Below are positions 11,479 to 21,334 of a stretch of DNA of 64,000 nucleotides, piece by piece. The position numbers and the translations under genes are program-made. Origin of the DNA: an uncultured SAR86 cluster bacterium. Lineage in GTDB: Bacteria; Pseudomonadota; Gammaproteobacteria; Magnimaribacterales; AG-339-G14. The DNA is taken from NCBI GenBank assembly GCA_902578495.1, contig CACHCY010000003.1, positions 32,337-96,336 of the forward strand, written 5' to 3'. Each line of letters begins with the position of its first letter. Position 1 is the stretch's first letter. Below the pieces are notes generated by a model. That model did not search any database, had not been told where the DNA came from, and saw only the letters and a list, made by a program, of their open reading frames with translations.

Positions 11479-11684
11479 GTTTTATAAGTAATTAAAAGTC
11501 AGCAATGACTTCAAAAATGTAAGATTTTCAGGATTTACGCCTACTGACCTGAAAAAATATTAATTGTTCTTATAAAACTCTATTATTTAACATGCAAAAA
11601 AATTCTTTATCTTTGAAAAATTTATACGTTTAGGAGATTAAAAATAAAGATAAAGAGCAAAATTGCTATGTTTTATCTCCTAAA
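11479..11684 (-). promoter_or_regulatory. Structured rne 5' leader (probable autoregulatory element)
   Basis: Exact inverted repeats 11479-88/11569-78, 11496-501/11506-11, 11525-32/11548-55, 11604-14/11646-56, 11629-38/11675-84. Confidence 0.6.
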
Positions 11685-11740
11685 AAAGAAGCTAAACTAC
11701 CACATTAATAGGATATTTAAAAACAATTCCGCATAAGAAA

Positions 11741-12652
11741 TTGACAGAAGACAGCTATAAAAAGGTTTCCATCGAAGAAATTGACGCAAATTCTTTAAAC
11801 CAAAGAGTAGATAATTTTTTGATAGGAAAATTTAAAGATTTACCTAAATCAAAAATCTATTCGATTATCAGAAAAGGAGAAGTGAGAATAAATGGATCCA
11901 GAGTAAAACCTCATTTTAAACTTTCCTTAGGAGATAAAATAAGGATTCCCCCTTTGTTTTTAACTAAAAAATCTAATCAAAATTCACCAGAAAAAGGACT
12001 CATAGATGAAATTAAGGAACAAGTAATTTATGAAGATGACGAAATATTAGCTATAAATAAAAATCATAATTTAGCCGTTCATGGAGGCTCAAGAGTAAGT
12101 ATTGGTTTAATAGAAATTGTCAGAAACTTTGGAAAAGATTATAGAGAAGCTCAACTTGTTCACAGATTAGATAAAGCAACATCAGGTTGCATCATAGTAG
12201 CCAAGAATAAACAAAGCACTCGTCTTTACAATTCATTAATCAGATCAAATCAAATAATTAAAAAATATCATTGCTTAATTCATGGCTCTTGGCCAAAGAA
12301 ACTTAATAACATAAGACTGCCATTGAAAGTCAATAAGAACGAAAGTTTAAAAAAGACCATTGTTTCTGAAGATGGAAAATATTCAGCAACAAACTTTAAA
12401 ATGATTAAATCTAATCAATACTTTTCTTTACTAGAATGCTACTTAGAGACAGGTAGAACTCATCAAATTAGAGTGCATACCAGTGCCAGTGGTTTTCCAA
12501 TAGTAGGGGATTTAAAATATTCCTCAATAACCTTAAATGGTGACATGGAGAAAAGAATGTATCTACATTGTTCAAGCTTGGAGATTGTTGAGAAGGATCT
12601 GAAAATCACCAGCAAAGTACCAAATTCTTTTTTTCAACCTTTTGAAGTTTGA
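11741..12652 (+). CDS. rluC: RluA-family 23S rRNA pseudouridine synthase C
   Basis: S4 domain QRVDNFL...IRKGEVRING, HRLDKATSG, TGRTHQIRVH; divergent from rne as is usual. Confidence 0.9.
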   Translation: MTEDSYKKVSIEEIDANSLNQRVDNFLIGKFKDLPKSKIYSIIRKGEVRINGSRVKPHFKLSLGDKIRIPPLFLTKKSNQNSPEKGLIDEIKEQVIYEDDEILAINKNHNLAVHGGSRVSIGLIEIVRNFGKDYREAQLVHRLDKATSGCIIVAKNKQSTRLYNSLIRSNQIIKKYHCLIHGSWPKKLNNIRLPLKVNKNESLKKTIVSEDGKYSATNFKMIKSNQYFSLLECYLETGRTHQIRVHTSASGFPIVGDLKYSSITLNGDMEKRMYLHCSSLEIVEKDLKITSKVPNSFFQPFEV

Positions 12653-12691
12653 TGAGAAACGAAATTTCATCTAGAATCGCATCCTTTAATT

Positions 12692-12901
12692 ATGGCAGTA
12701 CAAAAAAGTAAAGTATCTAGAGCAAGAAGAGGAGCACGTAGGTCCCACAATGCTCTAAAAAACACAACCTTATCTACCGATCAGGTTTCAGGAGAACGTC
12801 ATCAGCGTCATGTCATGACTTCAGATGGTTTTTACAAAGGCAAGAAGGTAATGGAAGTAAAAATCAAAGAAGACACTGAAGAACAAAATACTCCAGAATA
12901 A
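12692..12901 (+). CDS. rpmF: 50S ribosomal protein L32 (Cys-free form)
   Basis: [19 protein letters not shown]...GERHQRH...DGFYKG. Confidence 0.95.
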   Translation: MAVQKSKVSRARRGARRSHNALKNTTLSTDQVSGERHQRHVMTSDGFYKGKKVMEVKIKEDTEEQNTPE

Positions 12902-12908
12902 TTAAGTT

Positions 12909-13643
12909 TTGAATTCTCAATATGTTTTTGTATCTGGTGCTTCGAGAGGCATTGGTCAAAGCATACTAAAGTTATTTTCTTCCAAAGGGTTTCCTGTGAT
13001 CGGAACGGCTACTTCTGAGGAAGGCGTTAATGTTATAGATGGATTTTTATCTGAATTATCTGGAGAAGGCTTTGGAATACAACTTGATCTCTCTGATAAG
13101 CAATCAATTGAAAAGTTATTTAATACTTTGAAGGAGAAAGAGATCAATCCAGAGATTGTCGTCAATAATGCTGGTATAACAAGAGATAATATTTTTCTGA
13201 GGATGAAAGATGCAGAGTGGGATGAGGTAATTCAGGTTCATCTTAGTTCTGTTTTCTCATTACTTAAATTTTTTTCCAAAAAAATGGTGAAAAATAAATC
13301 TGGAAGAATTATTAATATCTCATCTACATCGGCTGCCATTGGAAATAAGGGGCAAGCTAATTATGCAGCTGCAAAATCAGGTTTAGAAGCATTTTCAAGG
13401 TCTTTAGCCAGAGAGCTGGCTCCTAGAAATATAACCGTTAATTGCGTTGCTCCAGGTTTTATAAGGACAGATATGATCAAAGGTATGGATGAAGATACTT
13501 TAAAGTTTATGTCAGACCAAATTCCTCTGGGAAGGCTTGGTTCTTCTGAAGAGGTTGCTGAATTAATTTATTTTCTAGCTTCAGAAGAGGCTAATTACAT
13601 TACTGGTCAGACCATTCATATAAATGGTGGACTTTATATGTAG
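12909..13643 (+). CDS. fabG: 3-oxoacyl-ACP reductase
   Basis: GASRGIG, NNAGITRD, GQANYAAAK, INGGLYM; next to acpP. Confidence 0.93.
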   Translation: MNSQYVFVSGASRGIGQSILKLFSSKGFPVIGTATSEEGVNVIDGFLSELSGEGFGIQLDLSDKQSIEKLFNTLKEKEINPEIVVNNAGITRDNIFLRMKDAEWDEVIQVHLSSVFSLLKFFSKKMVKNKSGRIINISSTSAAIGNKGQANYAAAKSGLEAFSRSLARELAPRNITVNCVAPGFIRTDMIKGMDEDTLKFMSDQIPLGRLGSSEEVAELIYFLASEEANYITGQTIHINGGLYM

Positions 13644-13720
13644 GTTATGCATAAAAAAAATTAAAAAACTTATCTTCTAGGTATATAATTCGACAACTTT
13701 TTAACCTTAACGAGGTATTT

Positions 13721-13954
13721 ATGAGCAGCACACAAGAAAGAGTACAGAGAATTGTTTGCGAACAATTAGGCGTAAGTGAAGAAGAAGTTACTACAACAGC
13801 TTCGTTTATAGACGATTTGGGAGCAGACTCACTTGATACTGTTGAACTTGTAATGGCTTTTGAAGAGGAATTTGAAATTGAGATTCCTGATGAAGAAGCT
13901 GAGAAAATAGCAACTGTTCAAGATGCTATCAGTTACATAGAATCTGCATCTTAA
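13721..13954 (+). CDS. acpP: Acyl carrier protein
   Basis: [20 protein letters not shown]; SD GAGGT; upstream TATAAT. Confidence 0.97.
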   Translation: MSSTQERVQRIVCEQLGVSEEEVTTTASFIDDLGADSLDTVELVMAFEEEFEIEIPDEEAEKIATVQDAISYIESAS

Positions 13955-13972
13955 CTCCATTCACATACACTC

Positions 13973-15217
13973 ATGGCCGCATCTCGTAGAGTTGTAGTTA
14001 CAGGCATGGGTATCATTTCCCCGTTGGGAAATGAATTAGAGACAACTTGGCAAAATATTTTAGCCGGTAAAAGCGGCGCCAAGACTGTTACTGCATTCGA
14101 TGTAACAGAATACCCAACCAAATTTGCTGCTCCAGTAGAAAACTTTGATGATGTAAATCATCTGGATGTAAAGACTAAACGAAGAGTTGATGAATTCATT
14201 CAATATGGACTGGTTGCTTCCAAACATGCAATTGAAAATTCTGGCTTGGAGCTAAATTCCATCGATTCTTCGAGAATAGGAGTCTCGATAGGATCTGGCA
14301 TCGGTGGTTTAGATACCATTGAAAAAAATGCTCTGACTTTAGATAAGAGAGGTCCTAGAAAGATTTCACCATTTTTTGTTCCAGGAGCAATCGTAAACAT
14401 GGTTTCTGGCTTAGTCTCCATCGAATATGGATTGCATGGCCCTAATTTATCGATTGTTACAGCTTGTTCCAGTGGAAATCACAGTATTGGATTTTCAGCT
14501 AGGTCTATTTCACACGGTGATTGCGATGTCATGATTACCGGCGGATCAGAGATGGCTATAACCCCTCTAGGTTTAGGAGGGTTTTCTGCAGTAACAGCAT
14601 TATCTACTAACAATGAAAATCCTACCAAAGCTAGCAGACCATGGGATAAAGATAGGGATGGTTTTGTTTTAGGTGATGGAGCAGGTGTTTTAGTATTGGA
14701 AGAATACGAGCATGCTAAAGCAAGATCTGCAAATATCTTTGCAGAAGTGACAGGATTTGGAATGAGTTCCGATGCTTTTCATATGACAGCGCCTGCTGAA
14801 GACGGGAAGGGTGCCAAACAGGCAATGATTTCAGCATTAAAGGATGCAGATTTAGATAGCTCTAAAATTGACTATATCAATGCTCATGGAACATCTACAC
14901 CTTTAGGAGATATCATTGAAGCAAACGCGATAGCTGACATTTTTTCTACTTCTCAAGAACATATAGCTGTTTCATCTACAAAGTCTATGACTGGTCATCT
15001 TTTAGGAGCAGCGGGTGCAATTGAATCAATTTTTTCTATTCTAAGTCTCAGAGATAATCGTCTCCCTCCAACCATAAATCTTGATAATCTTGATGGAGAT
15101 GCTCCAAAACTTAACTACGTTGCTAATGAATCTCAAGAAAAAGAAATTAATTGTGTTCTAAACAATTCATTTGGTTTTGGTGGAACGAACGCATCTTTGG
15201 TGTTCTCAAAAATCTAG
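13973..15217 (+). CDS. fabF: Beta-ketoacyl-ACP synthase II
   Basis: RRVVVTGMG, VTACSSG, NAHGTSTP, KSMTGHLLGA, NSFGFGGTN. Confidence 0.96.
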   Translation: MAASRRVVVTGMGIISPLGNELETTWQNILAGKSGAKTVTAFDVTEYPTKFAAPVENFDDVNHLDVKTKRRVDEFIQYGLVASKHAIENSGLELNSIDSSRIGVSIGSGIGGLDTIEKNALTLDKRGPRKISPFFVPGAIVNMVSGLVSIEYGLHGPNLSIVTACSSGNHSIGFSARSISHGDCDVMITGGSEMAITPLGLGGFSAVTALSTNNENPTKASRPWDKDRDGFVLGDGAGVLVLEEYEHAKARSANIFAEVTGFGMSSDAFHMTAPAEDGKGAKQAMISALKDADLDSSKIDYINAHGTSTPLGDIIEANAIADIFSTSQEHIAVSSTKSMTGHLLGAAGAIESIFSILSLRDNRLPPTINLDNLDGDAPKLNYVANESQEKEINCVLNNSFGFGGTNASLVFSKI

Positions 15218-16147
15218 GTGATAAGACTTTTACTTACAGTTTGCTTCATAAATATTTTATTCAGCCTATTTCTATTTATAAAACCGTCTGAAATCAAAGA
15301 GGATTTAATTTTTGAAATTAAAAGAGGAGATTCTTACCCTAGGATTGTTGATAAATTAGAAAATATAGATATAACCATTCCCTCATTTGTTACGGTTATC
15401 CTTCAATACACATCGTTAGACAAAAATATCACTTACGGAGATTATTTAATTAGAAAACATGAGAATCTTTTCTCTGTTTTAACAAAAATAATTTCATCAG
15501 ATACCCATTATCGAAAATATAGAATCCCTGAAGGATCCACTATTAGTTCTATACTTGATAGATCGAACTTACCAGTTTCCTTGAAAATCAATGGAATTAA
15601 ATTTGATAGAACAAATATCCATGCTCTTGAAGGGAGATTCCATCCAAATACCTACTACTACTCAAGCGTTGAAAATAGTGAAGATATCTTTTTAGAAGCA
15701 ATTCTTACTCAAGACGGTCTTCTAGAAAAATACTGGAATTCAAGAACTCCTTACGTCTCTTTGCAAGAACCTCAGGAACTTTTAGTTCTAGCATCTTTAT
15801 TAGAAAAAGAGGCATGTCCTAATGAACATAAAAAAGTAGCAGGCGTTATTTATAACAGGCTGCGTTTAAATATGCCTTTGCAAATTGATTCTTCGGTTAT
15901 TTATGGCATTGAGGACTTTGATGGAGATATTAAAAAGCATCATTTAAGAAAAGATACTCCTTTCAATACATATACAAATAAAGGATTACCTCCCATGCCA
16001 ATATCAAATCCATCTGAATCAGCTATAAGGGCAGCATCAAACCCCGATATTCATAGCTTTCTATACTTCGTTGCGAAAGATAGATGTACTCATCATTTTT
16101 CTGAAACATACGATGAGCACAAAGAAGCTATAAAAAAATATCAATAG
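15218..16147 (+). CDS. mltG: Endolytic transglycosylase MltG
   Basis: N-terminal TM, IPEG, LASLLEKEA, NRL...MPLQID, TPFNTY...GLPP.PI.NP, LYFVA. Confidence 0.9.
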   Translation: MIRLLLTVCFINILFSLFLFIKPSEIKEDLIFEIKRGDSYPRIVDKLENIDITIPSFVTVILQYTSLDKNITYGDYLIRKHENLFSVLTKIISSDTHYRKYRIPEGSTISSILDRSNLPVSLKINGIKFDRTNIHALEGRFHPNTYYYSSVENSEDIFLEAILTQDGLLEKYWNSRTPYVSLQEPQELLVLASLLEKEACPNEHKKVAGVIYNRLRLNMPLQIDSSVIYGIEDFDGDIKKHHLRKDTPFNTYTNKGLPPMPISNPSESAIRAASNPDIHSFLYFVAKDRCTHHFSETYDEHKEAIKKYQ

Positions 16148-16178
16148 AAACATCTCCTTGTTTGATAAACTTTACTGA

Positions 16179-16772
16179 ATGTTTATTAGCGTAGAAGGTA
16201 TTGAAGGATGTGGAAAATCAACTCTAGTAAATGGTCTAGGTCAGTACCTTCAAGAAAGAAATATTGACTACGTAATCACTAAGGAGCCAGGCAGTACCTC
16301 AATAGGGAAAATTCTTCGCTCAATCCTTCTAGATAAAAAGCAACAAATTAGTCCTTTAACAGAACTTTTATTAATGTTCTCTGATAGATTGGACCATCTA
16401 GATAAAGTAATAAAGCCATCTCTAGAAGAAGGAAAAATTGTCATTACAGATCGGTATATTGATTCAACTTATGCCTACCAAGGTGCTGGCAGAGGTATCT
16501 CCAAAAGCATCATTGATAATTTAGTCAGTCAAACAGAAATAATGTTACCTGACAGAACTATTCTGTTAGATCTTAGTCCGGAAGTAGGTTTGAAAAGAGC
16601 CTCCACAAGAAATGAACTTGATAGGTTTGAATCAGAGAATATAGACTTCCATGAAAGGTTAAGGAAAAGTTTCTTAGATGCGGCAGGCGCAAATCCTGAT
16701 AGGTTCCTTACCGTAGACGCTGAACAAGAGCCTGACAAAATTCTTCAATCAGTTATCAATAAACTTTTTTGA
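16179..16772 (+). CDS. tmk: Thymidylate kinase
   Basis: EGIEGCGKST, EPG, DRYIDSTYAYQG. Confidence 0.95.
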   Translation: MFISVEGIEGCGKSTLVNGLGQYLQERNIDYVITKEPGSTSIGKILRSILLDKKQQISPLTELLLMFSDRLDHLDKVIKPSLEEGKIVITDRYIDSTYAYQGAGRGISKSIIDNLVSQTEIMLPDRTILLDLSPEVGLKRASTRNELDRFESENIDFHERLRKSFLDAAGANPDRFLTVDAEQEPDKILQSVINKLF

Positions 16773-16773
16773 A

Positions 16774-17664
16774 ATGACTAAGGACTTAGAGAATCTGATT
16801 AATTTGATTTTTATGAGCAGCGCTTCCTCAGTTCTTCTTTCTGGAAATTTAATTTCACAACCAGAAAAAATTGCATTGCATATTGCTCAATCTTTTTTGT
16901 GTAAAGATATCAAAAAAAATAATTTGTTCTGCAATGATTGTCATTCTTGTAATCTATTTTCTGCTAATTCTCATCCCGATATTAAAGTAATTGAGCGTTC
17001 AAAAGACAGGACTCAAATTCAAATTAAACAGATCAGAGATGCATCAGATTTTATATATTCGACCCCATTAATTGCCGATAAAAAAATTGTATTGATCCTC
17101 AGAGCCGATGAGTTGAATTTTTTTGCGCAAGACACTTTATTGAAGTCATTAGAAGAGCCGCCGGAAAATTTAAAGTTTATTTTAACCACTTCTTTACCTT
17201 ACAGGCTTAAGCCAACAGTTTTAAGCAGATTGACGCACTACAAACTTAATCCTGAAATACATTGTCTGAATTCTGAATCAAATAATAATGGATTTATCGA
17301 CATTAATAAAAATGATTACCCAGAAGAATGCTGGAACAAAGATGAAAAAGTCATAAGATTGTTTGATGATTTAGCCTCCTTAAAAGGGAGGAAGATAATC
17401 AACTACTTAATCAAAGATAAAGACAAGGATAACCTGCTGATAAAGCTAAATTGGTTATCAAAAATAATTGAAGAAAGCATTCTCATTCATTTCACAGAAA
17501 CTTTAAGTGACACTCCATTTGCTCAACTTTCCAAAGAAATTAAAAATACTTTAGATGCAGACACATTGATCTATCTATACGATGAAATTTTGCCTGTGAT
17601 AAATTCCTTGCAGTCAAATGAAAATCTTAACTTTGATTTTCAAACTGCTGCAATTAGCTACTGA
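16774..17664 (+). CDS. holB: DNA polymerase III delta' subunit (divergent)
   Basis: C...CNDCHSC, HPD, LLKSLEEPP, PTVLSR; follows tmk. Confidence 0.85.
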   Translation: MTKDLENLINLIFMSSASSVLLSGNLISQPEKIALHIAQSFLCKDIKKNNLFCNDCHSCNLFSANSHPDIKVIERSKDRTQIQIKQIRDASDFIYSTPLIADKKIVLILRADELNFFAQDTLLKSLEEPPENLKFILTTSLPYRLKPTVLSRLTHYKLNPEIHCLNSESNNNGFIDINKNDYPEECWNKDEKVIRLFDDLASLKGRKIINYLIKDKDKDNLLIKLNWLSKIIEESILIHFTETLSDTPFAQLSKEIKNTLDADTLIYLYDEILPVINSLQSNENLNFDFQTAAISY

Positions 17665-18340
17665 TTTTTTTAAGAATTAATTGGTAAATTGAAAACACAG
17701 GGAAAGCTACTAGGATCATTTGTAAGTAGATAGTGATGCAATTACCAACAAAACTTAGGACTACTGATATTTCATCTTGAGACGATAATCCTAAAACTGC
17801 ATAAAGAATCAAAACAAAAGAAATCGTTATAAGAGTTAGTAAAACTCCTGCGTTAAATAAAGACCAATGTACTTCTTTAGATTCATTCCATAAATTGTCT
17901 AAAGACCCCAAGATAGAATTTCCTTCCAAGACTAAATAATAGACTGAGTAAGTAAATCTAAACTGGATATAAAGCCCAGGAATAATAAATAAAACTAAAC
18001 CAATGATTGTCATGATTCCAATGATTACTTGCAGAAGAAAAATCTTTAATGCTAGTTGAGCTGAGACTATTACATATCCAATTAATTTATTAAGGGACCC
18101 ATTTCTTAAATCTCTACCAATCAAAATAGCCATGCCCGTATATAAAGGAGTCAAAAAGATCACTTGGAAGGCTAATATTAGCCCAGTAATGACAAAGTAA
18201 TCTTCGCCTAAAGAAGATAGATAATCCGCTGTAGTAGACAGCAAACCAATAAATAAAATTGGAAATAAAAATATCTTAGTAAAAGCTAAAAAATTTTTAA
18301 AATATAAAGTGAAGCCTGAAGAGATAGCGTTTAAAATCAT
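17654..18340 (-). CDS. Hypothetical multi-TM membrane protein
   Basis: About six hydrophobic segments, GLVLFIIPGLY motif. Confidence 0.65.
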   Translation of the reverse strand: MILNAISSGFTLYFKNFLAFTKIFLFPILFIGLLSTTADYLSSLGEDYFVITGLILAFQVIFLTPLYTGMAILIGRDLRNGSLNKLIGYVIVSAQLALKIFLLQVIIGIMTIIGLVLFIIPGLYIQFRFTYSVYYLVLEGNSILGSLDNLWNESKEVHWSLFNAGVLLTLITISFVLILYAVLGLSSQDEISVVLSFVGNCITIYLQMILVAFPVFSIYQLILKKISS

Positions 18341-18364
18341 AGAAAAGTAAATGTAGGAGACATT

Positions 18365-18595
18365 ATGATAGAAATTTGGTCAAAACCACAATGCCCATTC
18401 TGCGATGCAGCCGTTCAAATATGTGAAACAAAGGATTTGGAATTTAAAAAATATATGCTCGATGAAGATTTTAATCGAGAAGAATTCACGGAAAAATTTC
18501 CAAATGCCAGAACCTTTCCTCAGATTATCGTCGATGGGGAGTTAGTAGGTGGCTATCAAGAATTTAATCAATACGTCCAGACTAAATCTATATAG
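18365..18595 (+). CDS. Glutaredoxin
   Basis: CPFC, RTFPQI, VGGY; SD AGGAG. Confidence 0.92.
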   Translation: MIEIWSKPQCPFCDAAVQICETKDLEFKKYMLDEDFNREEFTEKFPNARTFPQIIVDGELVGGYQEFNQYVQTKSI

Positions 18596-18597
18596 CA

Positions 18598-20241
18598 GTG
18601 GATTCGATAAATTCAGCAATTCTGCTAATAGATAGTTACTTTGGTAGCTCTCCGTGGTTTCCAGCTTTACTTTTGGGAACAGGTATTTTTTTTACTATCT
18701 ATCTTAAATTCCCACAAATCATTTTTTTTAACAGAGCTTGGAAAATTCTTTTTTCTGGAAATAAATATAAAGATAACAAAGGAGAAACCACACCTTTCCA
18801 AGCTTTAAGCACTGCTTTATCCGGAACAGTTGGAACCGGAAATATTGGAGGAGTGGCAATGGCAATCTTTATCGGTGGACCAGCGGCACTTTTTTGGATG
18901 TGGATTACCGCTTTCCTGGGAATGACAACTAAATATGTTGAAGTATCTTTAGCTCATAAATATAGGATCTCGTTAGAAGATGGATCCATTGCTGGCGGTC
19001 CAATGTATTACATGCAAAATGGCTTAAAGTCTAAATGGTTGGGAATCATCTTTGCGTTTTGTTTGTTAGTTACTACATTTGGCTCAGGGATGATGCCCCA
19101 AATAGACAATATCAGCAGTACGTTATTTTCCAGTTTTTCCATACCCAATCTTACGACGTCTATTGTCATGACTATCTTAGTTGGACTCGTGATAATTGGA
19201 GGCCTTAAAAGAATAGCTTCGGTTGCCGCTTCCATTGTGCCGACAATGGCTGCAATTTATTTTATTGGTGCGCTGAGCGTGATTTTTTACAACTATGAAA
19301 ATATCCTTCCTACTTTTCAAATGATATTTAGCGATATCTTTACGGGAACTTCGGTAGTCGGAGGATTTTTAGGTGCAAGCATAGCCACGGCTTTCAATTA
19401 TGGAGTTGCGAGAGGGCTATATTCAAACGAGGCGGGGCAAGGTTCAGCGCCAATTGCACATGCTACTTCAAAAACGAAAGAATCTATTGAGGAAGGTTTT
19501 GTATCCATACTTGAGCCTTTTATTGACACAATTGTAATCTGTACTCTCACCGGGCTGGTTATCCTTTCTTCAGGTGCATGGATAGAGAAATATGAAAACA
19601 AATTCGAAAGAACAACTTTTTTCATTCTAGAGGGAAGTTTTGATGAAACTGACTCGGAAGAACTAATAGATTTCTTTCAAGGAAATAATAATTCCATCAA
19701 CCTTCATTCAGGAGAAATAAAAATTAAGTCAGGAAGGGTTGAGGGAAATTATACTTTTATAAACAACAGATCGTTCGCAGAAGATATCCTTATCTACGAA
19801 AATGAAAATCCATTTAACGGTGAAATTATCGTAAAAGATGGCCTAGTTTCATCTAATGTGGATATCGTTGGAAAATCTTTAGTTAAATCTGCTGTGCTGA
19901 CCAGTAAAGCATTCAACAAAGGTTTCTTTGGCGATTATGGGGAATACATTGTCACTTTAGGTCTCTTATTATTTGCTTTCAGCACAGTGGTGTCATGGTC
20001 CTATTACGGAGATCGATGCACAATTTATTTGTTCGGTAAAAAATACGTTTTTCTTTATAGGATCGTCTATATGTCGGCTTTTTTTATTGTTGGTACAGGT
20101 TGGATTGATACAGAAATCATATGGAATTTTGCACTGATAACTGTAGCTGCGGCTGCATTACCAAACCTAATAGCTATTTTTCTTCTATCTAAAGAAATGA
20201 GAACTCTTCAAGATAATTACACTCAAGAAAGGGAGAATTGA
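18598..20241 (+). CDS. Alanine/glycine:cation symporter (AlsT/AgcS family)
   Basis: GTVGTGNI, GGPAALFWMW, GGPMYY, RGLYSNEAGQGSAPIAHA, PFIDTIVIC. Confidence 0.93.
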   Translation: MDSINSAILLIDSYFGSSPWFPALLLGTGIFFTIYLKFPQIIFFNRAWKILFSGNKYKDNKGETTPFQALSTALSGTVGTGNIGGVAMAIFIGGPAALFWMWITAFLGMTTKYVEVSLAHKYRISLEDGSIAGGPMYYMQNGLKSKWLGIIFAFCLLVTTFGSGMMPQIDNISSTLFSSFSIPNLTTSIVMTILVGLVIIGGLKRIASVAASIVPTMAAIYFIGALSVIFYNYENILPTFQMIFSDIFTGTSVVGGFLGASIATAFNYGVARGLYSNEAGQGSAPIAHATSKTKESIEEGFVSILEPFIDTIVICTLTGLVILSSGAWIEKYENKFERTTFFILEGSFDETDSEELIDFFQGNNNSINLHSGEIKIKSGRVEGNYTFINNRSFAEDILIYENENPFNGEIIVKDGLVSSNVDIVGKSLVKSAVLTSKAFNKGFFGDYGEYIVTLGLLLFAFSTVVSWSYYGDRCTIYLFGKKYVFLYRIVYMSAFFIVGTGWIDTEIIWNFALITVAAAALPNLIAIFLLSKEMRTLQDNYTQEREN

Positions 20242-21334
20242 GATAAAAATAGAGGCTGTTGTTATCGGCGCTGGAGTCGTTGGTTTGGCTGTTGGAAAAT
20301 CCTTAGCAGATAAAGGCATTGAAGTAGCTGTCATTGAGAAAGAAAATAGAATAGGCGAAGGTGCTAGCACAAGAAATTCTGGCGTTATCCATGCTGGTCT
20401 GTATTACTCTCCAAAATCTCTTAAAGCTAAAGTATGTTGCGACGGCCGACAAAAGCTTTATCAATATGTAGCTACAAAAAATATTCCTTTTAAAAAAACT
20501 GGGAAGCTTATAGTAGCGACTGAAAAAAATCAGCTAGATCAGCTTGAGTCATTGTATAAAAATGGAAATTCCAACGGAGTTCCATTAAAAATGCTGTCAA
20601 AAGAAGAGGTTAAATTTCTTGAAGAAGAGATAAAGTGTGAAAGAGCAATTTTTTCAAGCGAGTCAGGAATAATAAGTGTGCCAGAATATTTGACTGCCTT
20701 AGAGGAGGACATAAAAAAAACCGGATATGTAGTTTTAGCTTCAGAGTTAAAACATGCTAAAAAAGTCAATGGACATTTTGAATTAACACTTAATTCAAGC
20801 GATAAAATTCAATGTAATTTTTTGATTAATGCCTCAGGTCTTCATACCAAAGACGTCGCCAATAGAATCGAAGAAATAAACTTACCAAAAATTAAAACAG
20901 TGATGTATGCGAAAGGTCATTACTATTTCTATAAAAAGAAAAATCCTTTTAAGCACCTAATCTATCCGCTTCCTAATTCAAATGGACACGGTATCCATGC
21001 TGGAATGGATATTGAAAATAATCTTCGCTTTGGACCAAATGCAAAATGGGTGGATTCCATCGAGTATTCTTTTGATGAAAATACTTTGGAGGAGTTTTGT
21101 AATTCAATTAAATCTTATTGGGTAAATTTCGATCCCTATTGTTTATCACCAGACTACACAGGAATCCGATCAAAGATAGTAGCTGAAGGCGAGGGCAGTC
21201 AGGATTTTGAAATTCTTGATGCAAGTGACCACGGACTTGAGAATTTAATTCATTTACAAGGTATCGATAGTCCTGGTTTAACTAGCTCTCTTTCTATCGC
21301 TGCTGAGGTGATTAGTAAATTAGGAATCCACTAA
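20237..21334 (+). CDS. FAD-dependent oxidoreductase, L-2-hydroxyglutarate oxidase family (start uncertain)
   Basis: VVIGAGVVGLA lies upstream of the track start at 20285; STRNSGVIHAGLYY, KGHY, GIDSPGLTSSL. Confidence 0.85.
   Translation: MEIKIEAVVIGAGVVGLAVGKSLADKGIEVAVIEKENRIGEGASTRNSGVIHAGLYYSPKSLKAKVCCDGRQKLYQYVATKNIPFKKTGKLIVATEKNQLDQLESLYKNGNSNGVPLKMLSKEEVKFLEEEIKCERAIFSSESGIISVPEYLTALEEDIKKTGYVVLASELKHAKKVNGHFELTLNSSDKIQCNFLINASGLHTKDVANRIEEINLPKIKTVMYAKGHYYFYKKKNPFKHLIYPLPNSNGHGIHAGMDIENNLRFGPNAKWVDSIEYSFDENTLEEFCNSIKSYWVNFDPYCLSPDYTGIRSKIVAEGEGSQDFEILDASDHGLENLIHLQGIDSPGLTSSLSIAAEVISKLGIH

Noticed and set aside
11496-11511. GCAA tetraloop hairpin suggesting a plus-strand sRNA
   Set aside because: The stem forms on either strand and no plus-strand terminator follows; the rne leader explains it more simply.
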